Assembly: GCA_040954595.2 (NCBI GenBank)
Contig: CM082579.2
Coordinates: 11,657,834 to 11,721,833, forward strand
DNA length: 64,000 nt
Source: Balanoglossus misakiensis
Lineage: Eukaryota > Animalia > Hemichordata
Reading direction: 5' to 3'
The notes under the pieces were generated by a model. That model saw only the letters and a program-made list of their open reading frames with translations, was not told the origin of the DNA and ran no database searches. Positions within the stretch are counted from its first letter, which is position 1, and each line of letters begins with the position of its first letter. Shown here in pieces: positions 16,261 to 29,130 of the stretch. Both the position numbers and the translations under genes were made by a program.

Positions 16261-19228
16261 CTTCTTCTTGTGTCGTTTTTTTGTCCAGCTAGATCTTGAA
16301 AACGGCTGAACCTACAAATCTCACATTTGGCACAATGGTGCAGGCCTATGAGAGCTTGTGCAGTACCCTTGTGAATGTGTAATTAGTCATGTGACCTGAT
16401 GACCATATATGGGCAAAATTTTCAATTTGGCTTAATTTGCATATGAATGGAGATATCAAAATTCTGTTCAGATGCTTTGTGGACCATATGGCCAGGGTTC
16501 TACATGCCAAATGTCAAGGCCATAAGCCATGTCAATTTTGAGAAGAAGATTTTTAAGTATTATTTTCCATATTTTTCGCCCAAGCCATGGGCCTATACTT
16601 TACATAGTTAAGCTATGACCACAGATTATTTTGGATAAATATACATACATATCTCAAAATCTGTTCGGCCGATCAATTCCAAAGTTGCTGTGCAGCTAGC
16701 CTAGCATTTGTTAATCATTTTAAGCGAAAAAAAATAATATGAAAAATCAACCGATTTTTTTATATTAATTTTTTTATTAAATTTAAACCTTTACTTATAC
16801 CTCCATAGTTAAGCTATGTCCACTTCTTATTGTGGAATTCTGGTCTGTGCAATAGTCCTGTACAGTGACTGTCTATTGGTGAGTGAGCACAATGGCACCA
16901 AAATAAAAGGCACAATTTTAGGCTCACCTGTAACACCTGCTTAACTCATTTATTATGTGCATACCTAATTCCAGGCTAACCAATAGGGCTACAGGTTTGG
17001 TTTCTGTTGAACATGGACCAGTATAGGGTCAAAATTTCTTGCCCAAATTTTGCATGACCTCAGGTGACCTTTGACCTACTTTACCAGATCTTGGCATCCA
17101 GAGCAGGTACAGACTTGGCGTTTGGAGGGTTGGGACTAAAATTGAAAAGCCAAAATTGGGGGTCACCTGTGACACCTGCCTATCTCATTAATTATGTGCA
17201 TACCTAATTCCAGGCTAACCAATAGGGCTATAGGTTTGGTTTTTGTTGAAGATGGACCAGTATAGGGTCAAAATGTCTTGCCCACATTTCGCATGACCTC
17301 AGGTGACCTTTGACCTACTTTACCATATCTTGGCATCCAGAGCAGGTACAAACTTGGCGTTTGGAGGGTTAGGACTGAAAGTGAAAAGCCAAAATTGGGG
17401 GTCACCTGTGGCACCTGCATATCTCATTAATTATGTGCATACCTAATTCCAGGCTAACCAATAGGGCTAAAGGTTTGGTTTTTGTTGAACATGGACCAGT
17501 ATACGGTAAAAATTTCTTGCCCAAATATAACATGACCTCAGTTGACCTTTGACCTACTTTACCATATCTTGGCATCCTGAGCAGATATGCTTATTGCTAT
17601 GTTGCTGTGTGCTATGTTGGCTTGGGCCCGCTATTGCTGCTTGCAGCTATATTTCTTCTACTTCTTCTTTTTTTTTTTCTTGTGCAGTTTTTTCGGCCAG
17701 CTAGATCTGGAAAACGGCTAAACCTACCAATTTCAAAGTTGGCACAATGGTGCAGGCCAATGAGAGCTAGTGCAGTACCCTTGTGAATGTTTAATAAGTC
17801 ACGTGACCTGATGACCATATATGGGCAAAGTTTTCAAATCGGCCTAATTTGCATATGAATGGAGATATCAAAATTCTGTTAAGATACTTTGTGAGCCATA
17901 TGGCCAGGGTTCTACATGCCAAATGTCAAGGCCATAGGCCATGTCAATTTTGAGAAGAAGATTTTTAAGTATTATTTTTCATATTTTTTCGCCCAAGCCA
18001 TCGGCCTATACTTTACATAGTAAAGCTATTACCACATCATATTTTGGATAAATATGCATACATATCTCAAAATCTGTTAGGCCGATCATCTCCAACTTTG
18101 GTGTGCAGCTGGCCTAGCATTTGTCAATAATTTTAAGCGAAAAAAAAATAATATGAAAAATCGACCGATTTTTTTATATTAATTTTTTTATTAAATTTAT
18201 ACCTTTAATTATACCTCTATGGTTAAGCTATGTCTATGTCTTACTGTGGAATTCTGGTCTGTGCAATAGTCCTGTACAGTGACTGTCTATTGGTCAGTGA
18301 GCACAATGGCACCAAAATAAAAGGCACAATTTTAGGCTCACCTGTAACACCTGCTTAACTCATTAATTATGTGCATACCTAATTCTGGGCTAACTAAGAG
18401 GGCTGGAGGTTTCGTTCTTGTGGGACATGGACCAGTATAGGGTCAAAATTTCTTGCCCAAATTTTGGGTGACCTCAGGTGACCTTTGACCTACTTTCCTA
18501 TATCTCGGCATCCACAGCAGGTACAGACTTGGCGTTTGGAGGGTTGGGACTAAAGTTGAAAAGCCAAAATGGGGGTCACCTGTGACACCTGCATATCTCA
18601 TTAATTATGTGCATACCTAATTACAGGCTAACCAGTAGGGCTAGAGGTTTCGTGCTTGTGGGACATGGACCAGTATGGGGTTAAAAAAAAATTGCCCAAA
18701 TTTTGGGTGACCTCAGGTGACCTTTGACCTACTTTCCTATATCTCCACATCAAGAGCAGGTACAGACTTGGCGTTTGGAGGGTTGGGACTAAAATTGAAA
18801 AGCCAAAATTGGGGTCACCTGTGACACCTGCTTATCTCATTAATTATGTGCATACCTAATTCCAGGCTAACCAATAGGGTTAGAGGTTTGATTTATGCTG
18901 AACATGGACCAGTATGGGGTCAACATTTTTTGCCCAAATTTTGGGTGACCTCAGGTGACCTTTGACCTACTTTACCATATCTCGGCATCCACAGCAGATA
19001 CAGCCTTGGCATTTGGAGGTATGGAACTCCTGATGGAGCCTTACACTTTATCTCATTAATTATGCGCATACCTAATTGTAGGCGAACCAATAGGGCTAGA
19101 GATTTTGTTCTTGTGGGACACGGACCAGTATGGGGTCAAATTTCTTGCCCAAATTTCGGGTGACCGCTTATGACCTTTGACCTTCGGCTTAAGCTTGGGC
19201 CCGTCATCGCTGCTTGCAGCTATATTTT
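16120..19228 (+). mobile_element. Non-autonomous Helentron/Helitron2-type (HINE/DINE-1-like) element, outer copy, interrupted by a nested copy
   Basis: 5' hairpin tagggcccaagcgc..gcgcttgggcccta (16122-16154). Body resumes at 17655, with ~240-bp internal tandem repeats (~18338-19190). 3' subTIR gcttgggccc is followed by stem-loop gctgc-tt-gcagc and tatatttt (19193-19228). Confidence 0.75.
16171..17654 (+). mobile_element. Nested inner copy of the same Helentron-type family
   Basis: Has its own 5' hairpin (16174-16204), a (TTC)n tract, ~240-bp repeats (16924, 17164, 17402) and a 3' end gcttgggcccg..gctgcttgcagctatattt. Confidence 0.75.
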
Positions 19229-19613
19229 GTCTCTGTTTTTATTTTACAATATGCGTGATCGGTCCCTTTCAAGTAAATATGGTCACCCGCCATAGACCCC
19301 GACCTTCCCTCCAAAGTAAAGGTTTTGTCTTCTAAGTGGAATCTTGAACCCGCTAAAGTTTTGTGCGATATCTGTTTAATGTCGCAAACTTGTACGCTGT
19401 GGAGAAAGTGACGGCCGTCTGCCCAATCAGAGCAGAAAATTTTGTATTTTTTATTTTTACATAATTAATTGTTTTAGATGTCAATCTTTGTAATCATGGT
19501 GCGTCTTTACAGTTCGAGTTGGGATTTCCACGGGTGAAGGTTAGTAATGATGAACAGCGGCAAGATGAACGAAACAATGTTCTCTGCGTCATGGTCGGCC
19601 AAGACATTACCCT

Positions 19614-22600
19614 AGGAGATAGGTGCCGTTAATCAGAATTTTTGGTAAGGAAGGTTTGAGAAGTCCATTCTATGTAAAAATTGGTGCTGATTCCAAAAAA
19701 GTCAGTCTTACTGACCCCACTCAAGACAAAATTGCCATTTTGGCCATTTTTAACCCAAAAATGGTCTTTTTTAGAAAACACTAAAAACACACTGTTTTCG
19801 TCACATTCTGAGATCTGACGACATATGATAAGCTTATTCTATGTAAAATTTGGTGAATATTACGAAAAAAGTAGTTCGATTGACCCAAAACAACAGAAAA
19901 TTGCCTATTTGACCATTTTTTGCCCAAAAAACGTCATTTTTAGAAAAAATTTAAAACACATGGTTTTCTTCATAATGATTGATCTGGTGATATATGGAAA
20001 GTCAATTCTATGTTAAAAGTGGTGACTTTAAAAAATAAAGCAGTCTTTTTGACCTCAATCAATACAAAAATGCCATTTTTGGCCACTTTTTGAGGTCAAA
20101 AAAGGTCATTTTTACAAAAAAAACTAAAAATAAATTGTGTTTTTCATATTCAGAGATCATTGGATATATGAAATGTCCATTCTATGTAAAAAATGGTGCT
20201 GATTCCAGAAATAGCAGTCTTATTGACCCTACTCAAGAAAAAAATGCCATTTTTGCCACTTTTTGCCCAAAACGTCATTTTTAGAAAACACTCAAAATTT
20301 ATATATTTTCTTCACTTTCGGAGATCTGATAATGTATTATATGCCCACCCTATGTAAAATTCTGTGATTATTTCAAAAAAGCAGATTTATTGACCCAACC
20401 TAATGCAAAAATGCCCTTTTGGAAAGTTTTTGCCCAAAAAGGCCATTTTAAGAAAAAAAATTAAAAACAAACTTTTCTTCATAAAGCTCAGAGATCATGT
20501 GATATATGAAATGTTCATCCTATGTAAAAAATGGTGCTGATTCCAGAAATAGCAGTCTTATTGATCCTACTCAAGAATAAATGCCATTTTTGCCACTTTT
20601 TGCCCCAAAAACATCATTTTCAGAAAACACTCAAAATTTATATATTTTCTTCACTTTCGGAGATCTGATAATGTATTATATGCCCACTATATGTGAAAAT
20701 TTTCCAAAAAAGCAGTTTTATTGATGCCACTCAAGATAAAAGTGCCTTTTTGGCAAGATTTTGCCCAAAAAGTGTCTTTTCTAGAAAATACGAAAAATAT
20801 GCCATTTTCTTCCTATTGGTGATCGAATGATAAATAAAAGTACTAAAAAACCCACTCTTACTGACCCCACTGAGGGAAAAAAATATCATTTTGGCCTATT
20901 TGCTCAAAAAGGTAACTGTTAGAAAAAATAAATACAAACTTATTCCTTCATATTCAGAGCCCTCGTGATGTATGTAAATTCGTTTTTTTTCTGTGTGTGC
21001 AAAAAATATGCTGATACCAGCACAACAGTCTTATTGAGACACCCCGCTCAGTACAAAATTGCCATTTAGCCATCTTTTGGTCAACAATAGGCATTTTCAG
21101 AAAACAAATATAATTAAGCAATAAAACACCCCCAGCCATGGTATACCACGAGATTTTGACCAGTTCACGACATATACGCACGAGCGATAGCGAGTGCGTA
21201 TATGGAGTTGAACTGGTCAAAATCTCGTGGTATACCATGGCTGGGGGTGTTTTATTGCTATTATATTATGCCAGTATATTGAAACTTTGCATAAAACATT
21301 TTAAAAAGGCATTTTCTTTGACTATGATATATGACTGTGGTATATGGCTAATATATCACGGTCACGTGTCGTGTCTCGACCAATCAAATAGCGTGATTTA
21401 CACCATCAATATACTGGTATAATATAATTGATGTTTTTGCCTTTTGTGTTTTGATGTTGTATATGCATATTTAAAACGCCATAACCATATAATATCAATT
21501 AAATTGATGATATTGAAAGACAGGGTTGCCACAATTTGGCACATTTAGCCCAAAACTGAACTCAACAATAAGATGATCCATGTATACGCACTGTCTACTA
21601 TAAGTCGATTATGCGTGGTGTGGAATATTTAGGTTCAGATATGCCAGCTCGGGAGAGAGTGTTGAAATTTATTCTCTTCAATCTGAATACAAAATCAGAA
21701 ATTATATTATAATTTATATCATGATACCTCCGTCATACTGATTGGACAGGAGTGCAACCCAGCAATGCTAGAATACTCAATAGAGCACTGCTAAAACTGG
21801 CCCCTGAACTAGCACGCAGCAGGGAAAATGTGGGCTTAAACCAAATAAAAACACTTAAATTCTGTATGGGAATATTTGGGCAATGTGCAATGCCTTTCTT
21901 TTGTCATCTGTATCATGTTTAGAGCTTGGTCCCGGGCAGCGTGTTTACATTCATCGACGCGAGTTTTGTTCAATTCGTAACTTCTTTTTCTCTCGACGCT
22001 GTTTCATCATCATTATGAGTTCAACTTGGGCTAATTTTGCAAAATCTCCAAATACAAACATTTTTTCGGTACAAAATGGCTAAAATGATAAATTTTTCTT
22101 GAGTAGATCTATTTTTGGCTACAAATAGCCAAAAAGGCAATTTTGACTAGAGTGGGGCCAACCAGACTGCCGTTTTTGGAATAGTCACCAAATTTTACAC
22201 AGAATGGACTTTTCATACATGATCAGATCTCTGAATATGAAGAAAACAATTTGTCTTTTGTTTGTTTGTTTTTAATGAACATTTTTGACCAAAAAAGTGG
22301 CCGAAATTACAAATTTCAATTGAATAGGGTAAGTAAGACTTCCGTTTTTGGAACAGTAACCACGTTTCAATATAGAATGGGCTTTTATTTATAATAAGAT
22401 CACCGAAAGTGAAGAAAAGAGAATGCTATTAATATATTCTTAAAAATAACAATTTTGTGCAAAACTTAGCCAAAAAGGTGATTTCATCATGGTTGAGGTC
22501 ATTAAGACTGCATTTCTGGAAACAACACCTATTTTACAATAAATGTACTTTTCACACATCATATAATCTCCAAATAAGAATCAAACAGTTTGTTTATAAT

Positions 22601-23942
22601 GATAAGTGGCTGTTTGGGCAAAAACTTGTCAAAAAAGCACTGTTTTCTTGAGCAAATAGGCCAAAATGATATTTTTTTCCCTCAGTGGGGTCAGTAAGAG
22701 TGGGTTTTTTAGTACTTTTATTTATCATTCGATCACCAATGGGAAGAAAATGGCATATTTTTCGTATTTTCTAGAAAAGACACTTTTTGGGCAAAAACTT
22801 GCCAAAAAGGCACTTTTATCTTGGGTGGCATCAATAAAACTGCTTTTTTGGAAATGTTTCACATATAGTGGGCATATAATACATTATCAGATCTCCGAAA
22901 GTGAAGAAAATATATAAATTTTGAGTGTTTTCTGAAAATGATGTTTTTGGGGCAAAAAGTGGCAAAAATGGCATTTATTCTTGAGTAGGATCAATAAGAC
23001 TGCTATTTCTGGAATCAGCACCATTTTTTACATAGGATGAACATTTCATATATCACATGATCTCTGAGCTTTATGAAGAAAAGTTTGTTTTTAATTTGTT
23101 TTCTAAAAACGACCTTTTTGGGCAAAAACTTTCCAAAAGGGCATTTTTGCATTAGGTTGGGTCAATAAATCTGCTTTTTTGGAATAATCACCAAATTTTA
23201 CATAGGATGGGCATATAATACATTATCAGATCTCCAAAAGTGAAGAAAATATATAAATTTTGAGTGTCTTCTAAAAATGACGTTTTTGGGCAAAAAGTGG
23301 CAAAAATGGCATTTTTTTCTTGAGTAGGGTCAATAAGACTGCTATTTCTGGAATCAGAACCGTTTTTTACATAGAATGGACACTTCATATATCCAATGAT
23401 CTCTGAATATGAAAAACACAATTTATTTTTAGTTTTTTTGTAAAAATGACCTTTTTTGACCTCAAAAAGTGGCCAAAAATGGCATTTTTGTATTGATTGA
23501 GGTCAAAAAGACTGCTTTATTTTTTAAAGTCACCACTTTTAACATAGAATTGACTTTCCATATATCACCAGATCAATCATTATGAAGAAAACCGTGTGTT
23601 TTAAATTTTTTCTAAAAATGACGTTTTTTGGGCAAAAAATGGTCAAAAAGGCAATTTTCTGTTGTTTTGGGTCAATCGAACTACTTTTTTTCGTAATATT
23701 CACCAAATTTTACATAGAATAAGCATATCATATGTCATCAGAGCTCAGAATGTGACGAAAACAGTCTGTTTTAAGTGTTTTCTAAAAAAGACAATTTTTG
23801 GGTTAAAAATGGCCAAAATGGCAATTTTGTCTTGAGTGGGGTCAATAAGACTGACATTTTTGGAATCAGCACCATTTTTTACGTAGAATGGACTTCTCAA
23901 ACCTTCCTTACCAAAAATTCTGATTAACGGCACCTAGCTCCT
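19614..23942. mobile_element. Foldback-like non-autonomous DNA element with ~1.3-kb terminal inverted repeats built from ~170-bp subunits
   Basis: aggagataggtgccgttaatcagaatttttggtaagg... (19614) is the near-exact reverse complement of ...ccttaccaaaaattctgattaacggcacctagctcct (23942). Arms 19614-~20910 and ~22647-23942 are nearly identical in inverted orientation. No transposase and no clear TSD. Confidence 0.85.
21117..21427. mobile_element. Small palindromic MITE-like insertion made of two consecutive inverted-repeat modules
   Basis: Near-perfect hairpin 21117-21259 (agcaataaaacacccccagccatggtataccacgagattttgaccagttca / its reverse complement). A second IR pair lies at 21261-21282 and 21406-21427. 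Confidence 0.75.
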
Positions 23943-24058
23943 GGACTACATTTTCAACCTGAACAGTCCTGTGTCAAGCCACGGACTAAACATTATGGAA
24001 CACCAACACTAACTTCTGATATTCAATTGCCAAATTCTAGGCGCAAACGTTATTATCT

Positions 24059-25535
24059 AGTGGATAAACCTCAATATATTAAGCCCAAACGTTCAGTTGT
24101 TGTGGATAAAACGTTAATATCTTGTGGATAAAAGTCAATATATTAAGCCCAAACGTTCAGTTGTTGTGGATAAACCTCAGTATATTAAGCCCAAACGTTC
24201 AGTTGTTGTGGATAAACCTCAATATATTAAGCCCAAACGTTCAGTTGTTGTGGATAAAATTCAATATATTAAGCCCAAACGTTTAGTTGTTGTGGATAAA
24301 ACGTTAATATCTTGTGGATAAAAGTCAATATATTAAGCCCAAACGTTCAGTTGTTGTGGATAAACCTCAATATATTAAGCCCAAACGTTCAGTTGTTGTG
24401 GATAAACATCAATATATTAAGCCCAAACGTTCAGTTGTTGTGGATAAAATTCAATATATTAAGTTCAGTTGTTGTGGATAAACCTCAATATATTAAGCCC
24501 AAACGTTCAGTTGTTGTGGATAAAATTCAATATATTAAGCCCAAACGTTCAGTTGTTGTGGATAAACCTCAATATATTAAGCCCAAACGTTCAGTTGTTG
24601 TGGATAAAATTCAATATATTAAGCCCAAACGTTCAGTTGTTGTGGATAAACCTCAATATATTAAGCCCAAACGTTCAGTTGTTGGGGATAAAATTCAATA
24701 TATTAAGCCCAAACGTTCAGTTGTTGTGGATAAACCTCAATATATTAAGCCCAAACGTTCAGTTGTTGTGGATAAACCTCAATATATTAAGCCCAAACGT
24801 TCAGTTGTTGTGGATAAACCTCAATATATTAAGCCCAAACGTTCAGTTGTTGTGGATAAAATTCAATATATTAAGCCCAAACGTTCAGTTGTTGTGGATA
24901 AAATTCAATATATTAAGTTCAGTTGTTGTGGATAAACCTCAATATATTAAGCCCAAACGTTCAGTTGTTGTGGATAAACCTCAATATATTAAGCCCAAAC
25001 GTTCAGTTGTTGTGGATAAACATCAATATATTAAGCCCAAATGTTCAGTTGTTGTGGATAAAATTCAATATATTAAGTTCAGTTGTTGTGGATAAACCTC
25101 AATATATTAAGCCCAAATGTTCAGTTGTTGTGGATAAAACGTTAATATCTTGCGGATAAAAGTCAATATATTAAGCCCAAACGTTCAGTTGTTGTGGATA
25201 AACCTCAATATATTAAGCCCAAACGTTCAGTTGTTGTGGATAAAACGTTAATATCTTGCGGATAAAAGTCAATATATTAAGCCCAAACGTTCAGTTGTTG
25301 TGGATAAACCTCAATATATTAAGCCCAAACGTTCAGTTGTTGTGGATAAAATTCAATATATTAAGCCCAAATGTTCAGTTGTTGTGGATAAAACGTTAAT
25401 ATCTTGTGGATAAAAGTCAATATATTAAGCCCAAACGTTCAGTTGTTGTGGATAAAATTTAATACATTAAGCCCAAACGTTTATATGTTGTGGATAAAAC
25501 TTAATATATTAAGCCCAAACGTTAATATCTTGTGT
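24059..25535. repeat. 42-bp minisatellite (gtggataaacctcaatatattaagcccaaacgttcagttgtt), ~35 units with deletion variants
   Basis: Direct reading; the 14-aa periodicity of the spurious ORFs confirms the 42-bp period. Confidence 0.95.
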
Positions 25536-25667
25536 ATATGTGCAAACTTTTTTTTGTTAATCACAATCGTAGTGTAATTTTAACATCAAATATTATGTTA
25601 GTGACCATGCCCAGTTTTCTCTTGAAGTCGGCCATCTTGATTGACTTGCAGAGGCAATACCTATGAA

Positions 25668-27011
25668 ATGCAGCGTCTTGCTGGCTCATCTGTCATGTCT
25701 GATGTTCTTATGGCTCTAAATCTAGAGTCATGTAAAGAAACATTTCATGCAGAAGAAATAACACCAGATATAGTATGCATGTTAACCATTCCAGAATTGG
25801 AATATCTAGGCGTGCACAGCCGTAGGGACATGATGGCTCTTAGGATTGCATGCTCAACATTTGGTGGTCAGGCTCCTGTGCAAGTACTAGGAGGAGGTGG
25901 TGTGCCTGAATTTCTGATCCCCAAAGCAGTCCTGGAAAATCTTATAGAAAAAGGATTTACCATCAAGGAAATCGCGCGCATGCTTGCTGTTTCTGAGATG
26001 ACCATATACAGACGAATGTCACGGTATGGGTTGAGCAAGTTTAATTTCACAGATATAACTGATGATGTGCTTGATTCTCATGTTAAAGACCTTACCAGGG
26101 AGTTCCCAAAATGTGGAGAAAACATGTTAAAGCAACTGCTTTTAGGGAGAAATGTGAAAGTTCAGCGCATGAAATTGAGGGACAGTATTCACAGAGTCGA
26201 CGAAAGTGGCGTGCAGTCCAGAAAGAAAGGGCGATTACAACGAAGAGTGTATAATGTCCAAGGGCCTAATCAGTTATGGCACGTGGATACCAACCACAAG
26301 CTGGTTCGTTGGCATTTAGTGGTGTTTGGTGCTATTGATGGATTTAGTCGTTTGCCAGTTGGTTTGGCATGTCTGAACAACAACAAGGCCCCGACGCTCT
26401 TACAGTGCTTTAAATCTGGAGTATTGAATTATGGTTTGCCGAGCCGTGTACGCAGTGACGAGGGACTTGAAAATGTTAGGATAGCTGACTATATGCTAGA
26501 GAAGAGAGGTATTAACAGAGGTAGCATGATCACTGGCAAGAGCGTGCACAACCAACGTATCGAGAGACGTTGGAGAGATGTGTACGAGGGAGTCCTCAGC
26601 CTTTATTATGATCTGTTCTATTTTATGGAAGATAAAGGTATTTTGGACCCTCTGGATGACAAACATATTGCTATCCTGCATTATGTTTTTCTGCACAAGA
26701 TTAATAAGAAGCTGGATCTGTGGAAAGAGGCATGGTCTCGTCACCGCTTGCAAACATGTAGGTCATCACCTCTGCGTCTGTTTGTCTCTGGCCAATTCCA
26801 AAACCCTGTTGGAATTGATTTAACCCCCGATGAGATTGAAAATTATGGTGTGATGGGAGTCATTACTGATAACGAAGGCCCACAAAGACCTGTGATAGAT
26901 GTACCACCATACACACTGTCTCAGAGATGTCTGGATATCTTGGATGCTGAAATCCCCCACGACTGGACCTCCAACAATTATGGGATTGATGTTTATCTCA
27001 GTGCATTGTAA
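25668..27011 (+). CDS. DDE transposase/integrase of an IS3EU-like DNA transposon (SAM-like N-terminus, HTH, integrase core)
   Basis: Uninterrupted [28 protein letters not shown]; core motifs [32 protein letters not shown] and SVHNQRIER give the D-D-E triad. Superfamily name assigned from recalled motif similarity. Start could be ATG 25668, a later ATG, or a splice acceptor at 25651. Confidence 0.8.
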   Translation: MQRLAGSSVMSDVLMALNLESCKETFHAEEITPDIVCMLTIPELEYLGVHSRRDMMALRIACSTFGGQAPVQVLGGGGVPEFLIPKAVLENLIEKGFTIKEIARMLAVSEMTIYRRMSRYGLSKFNFTDITDDVLDSHVKDLTREFPKCGENMLKQLLLGRNVKVQRMKLRDSIHRVDESGVQSRKKGRLQRRVYNVQGPNQLWHVDTNHKLVRWHLVVFGAIDGFSRLPVGLACLNNNKAPTLLQCFKSGVLNYGLPSRVRSDEGLENVRIADYMLEKRGINRGSMITGKSVHNQRIERRWRDVYEGVLSLYYDLFYFMEDKGILDPLDDKHIAILHYVFLHKINKKLDLWKEAWSRHRLQTCRSSPLRLFVSGQFQNPVGIDLTPDEIENYGVMGVITDNEGPQRPVIDVPPYTLSQRCLDILDAEIPHDWTSNNYGIDVYLSAL

Positions 27012-27943
27012 TTGATAGATTCAAGAGAATAGATCGTGGTGCCAAGTTTGCAAATATTGATCTACTGGTACTCATGATACCATGCATTTCTGAATAAATA
27101 TTTAAAAAATCCTTGAAAGAATGAACATGCAAGAATTGTCTGGTTAGTGTTGCCATGGCAACAAGTCAGTATACCATTTTTCATAGAAATACATTGAATT
27201 GCATGCTTCATTGCCAGGTATCTACAAAATTTTAATGGTGACCCTTGTTTTGTTACATATATTGACATTTTATCATAGTCCACTTTATCATTTGTGTAAG
27301 TTTCAAAGAGAAGCTTCGTGTATACTGTGTCACTCATTAATGGTTGGATTTTTTTAGGAAACCATGTATTGAATTGAGACAATTATTAAACATTAACAGT
27401 AAACTTTATTGTATCTCTTCATAAATCCAACAGGAATGAGTTAACTTTGTTGTGGCTTGCAAACACCTTTTACATGCATTGTGTAAAACTTATTTTGGTT
27501 TGAAAAAATATCATGAAAATAATGTAAAACATACAGCTATTGAGGCTTTATAACGGTACTGTCTCAACAACACTGTTATGAATGACTGTACTCGCTAGAT
27601 CACAAGATATAAAATATAACACTTGAGAAAGTTAAAGGGAAAGTCCGGTCCAGTTGATTTCTTCATAATTTGGTCACTCTTTACGAATTAAACATTTTCG
27701 CCAGGTATAAGGCACAGGTTTTTTACAAAATCAAGGGAAAGTTGGCAGAATTTCCAATATGGTCTTCACTTCATTTTAATGATGTGAAACAGTGCCAGTT
27801 CTAACTTCCGCCCAACATAATGTGGGTGATACCATTTTCTGATTGGTGTCACTGCACGTTAGACTGGGCATGTCAAGAGCAGTTGTATACTAATTGGAAA
27901 ATGGTATCACCCACATCATTTTTAAGTTTGAGAAAATATTACA

Positions 27944-28524
27944 AACAAGTGACCTATCGGTCAAAAGAGCTCTGCTGACTTTAACAGTGTAACCTGGGCG
28001 ATGATATGAATACCCTAGGTTTTAATTCATAACAATTGCATTCTATTGAACAAAACCAAACATAGACATCACAAGTATATATCCAAATTCAGCTTGATTC
28101 ATTGCGCAAAAGAAAGAAAAAATTGAATCCTAAAGAACAACATCAAAAGGAAGCACCAAGGTTCTAATTTGCATATTCATGACCCCATCATATCCAAATT
28201 AACAAAATCAGGTAGGGGCACCATAACACACATTCCTACCAAAGTTCAGCTCCATCATACATGTAGTTATGGAGAAGAAGATTTTTGACCAAAAATTCTA
28301 TTTTAAGATCTAATTTGCATATTTATGACCCCATCATATCCAAATCAACAAAATCAGGTAGGGGCAACATAACACACATTCCAACCTTATTTCAGCTAAA
28401 TATGCCAAGTACATGTAGTTTTCAAGAAGAAGATTGAAATACCAAAAGTTGACGGACGACGGACGGACACTTATCAACCTACTGCTACAGCTCGGCTGAC
28501 ACAAGTGACAGCAGAGCTAAAAAA
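27944..28524 (-). mobile_element. Second, unrelated short Helentron-type (HINE-like) element
   Basis: Stem-loop tgacc-tatc-ggtca plus subTIR agctctgctg (27950-27977) at one end. At the other end are a (gacg)n microsatellite and hairpin agctcggctg..cagcagagct-aaaaaa. Internal ~143-bp duplication ctaatttgcatatt..gaagaagat. Confidence 0.7.
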
Positions 28525-29130
28525 GACTGCAACAGTATTTACCAATAAGCCACACTGAACACATCACGATAACATGATTGATGTGCATATAAATGTAAAC
28601 TGTATGCCACTTTCATAAGTAGCGCCATCTATAGCTGATGACGTCATTGCAGACCAGGCTCTCCATTACAACAACCGTTACATTCAATACTTTTCCTTGA
28701 AAGTTCTTGGCCACCATTACTGCAGCTATACATTTTAGTCATGTACGTCAGCCATGGATAGCAGGTGTATACTGCATGTACAAATGACAAATGTGTACAT
28801 GTCCAATATAAAAGCAATCACAATGTACAAATATTGCTGCTAATGTATTCATTATACAACTCTAAACACACATGAACACTTAAATGAGTCAGATACATCA
28901 TACTAATGCAGAAACATTCCGTATATACTCTCATGGACCGCAGCTTTTTGGACAAAATTTGATTTTATCGGGGGAAAATCCTTTCCCTGTGTACTTCTAC
29001 CTCTTAACCGACTCCAAAAATGATGCAATTCGCGGGTTCCAAGTTCTCAATAAAGTAGAAAGTTCATAGACTCTTGTCGCCTGAGGGCGTGCGAGTTGGG
29101 ATCACTGCACTTCCGGTCCTGAATGGGGTC

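Noticed and set aside
19825-23933. Mirror-image ORFs in the foldback arms and the palindrome (20954/21138)
   Set aside because: Products of inverted repeats, not genes.
24124-25159. 200-aa repetitive ORFs (VVVDKPQYIKPKRS / LLWINLNILSPNVQ)
   Set aside because: The 42-bp minisatellite is open in two frames by chance, and deletion variants shift frame freely.
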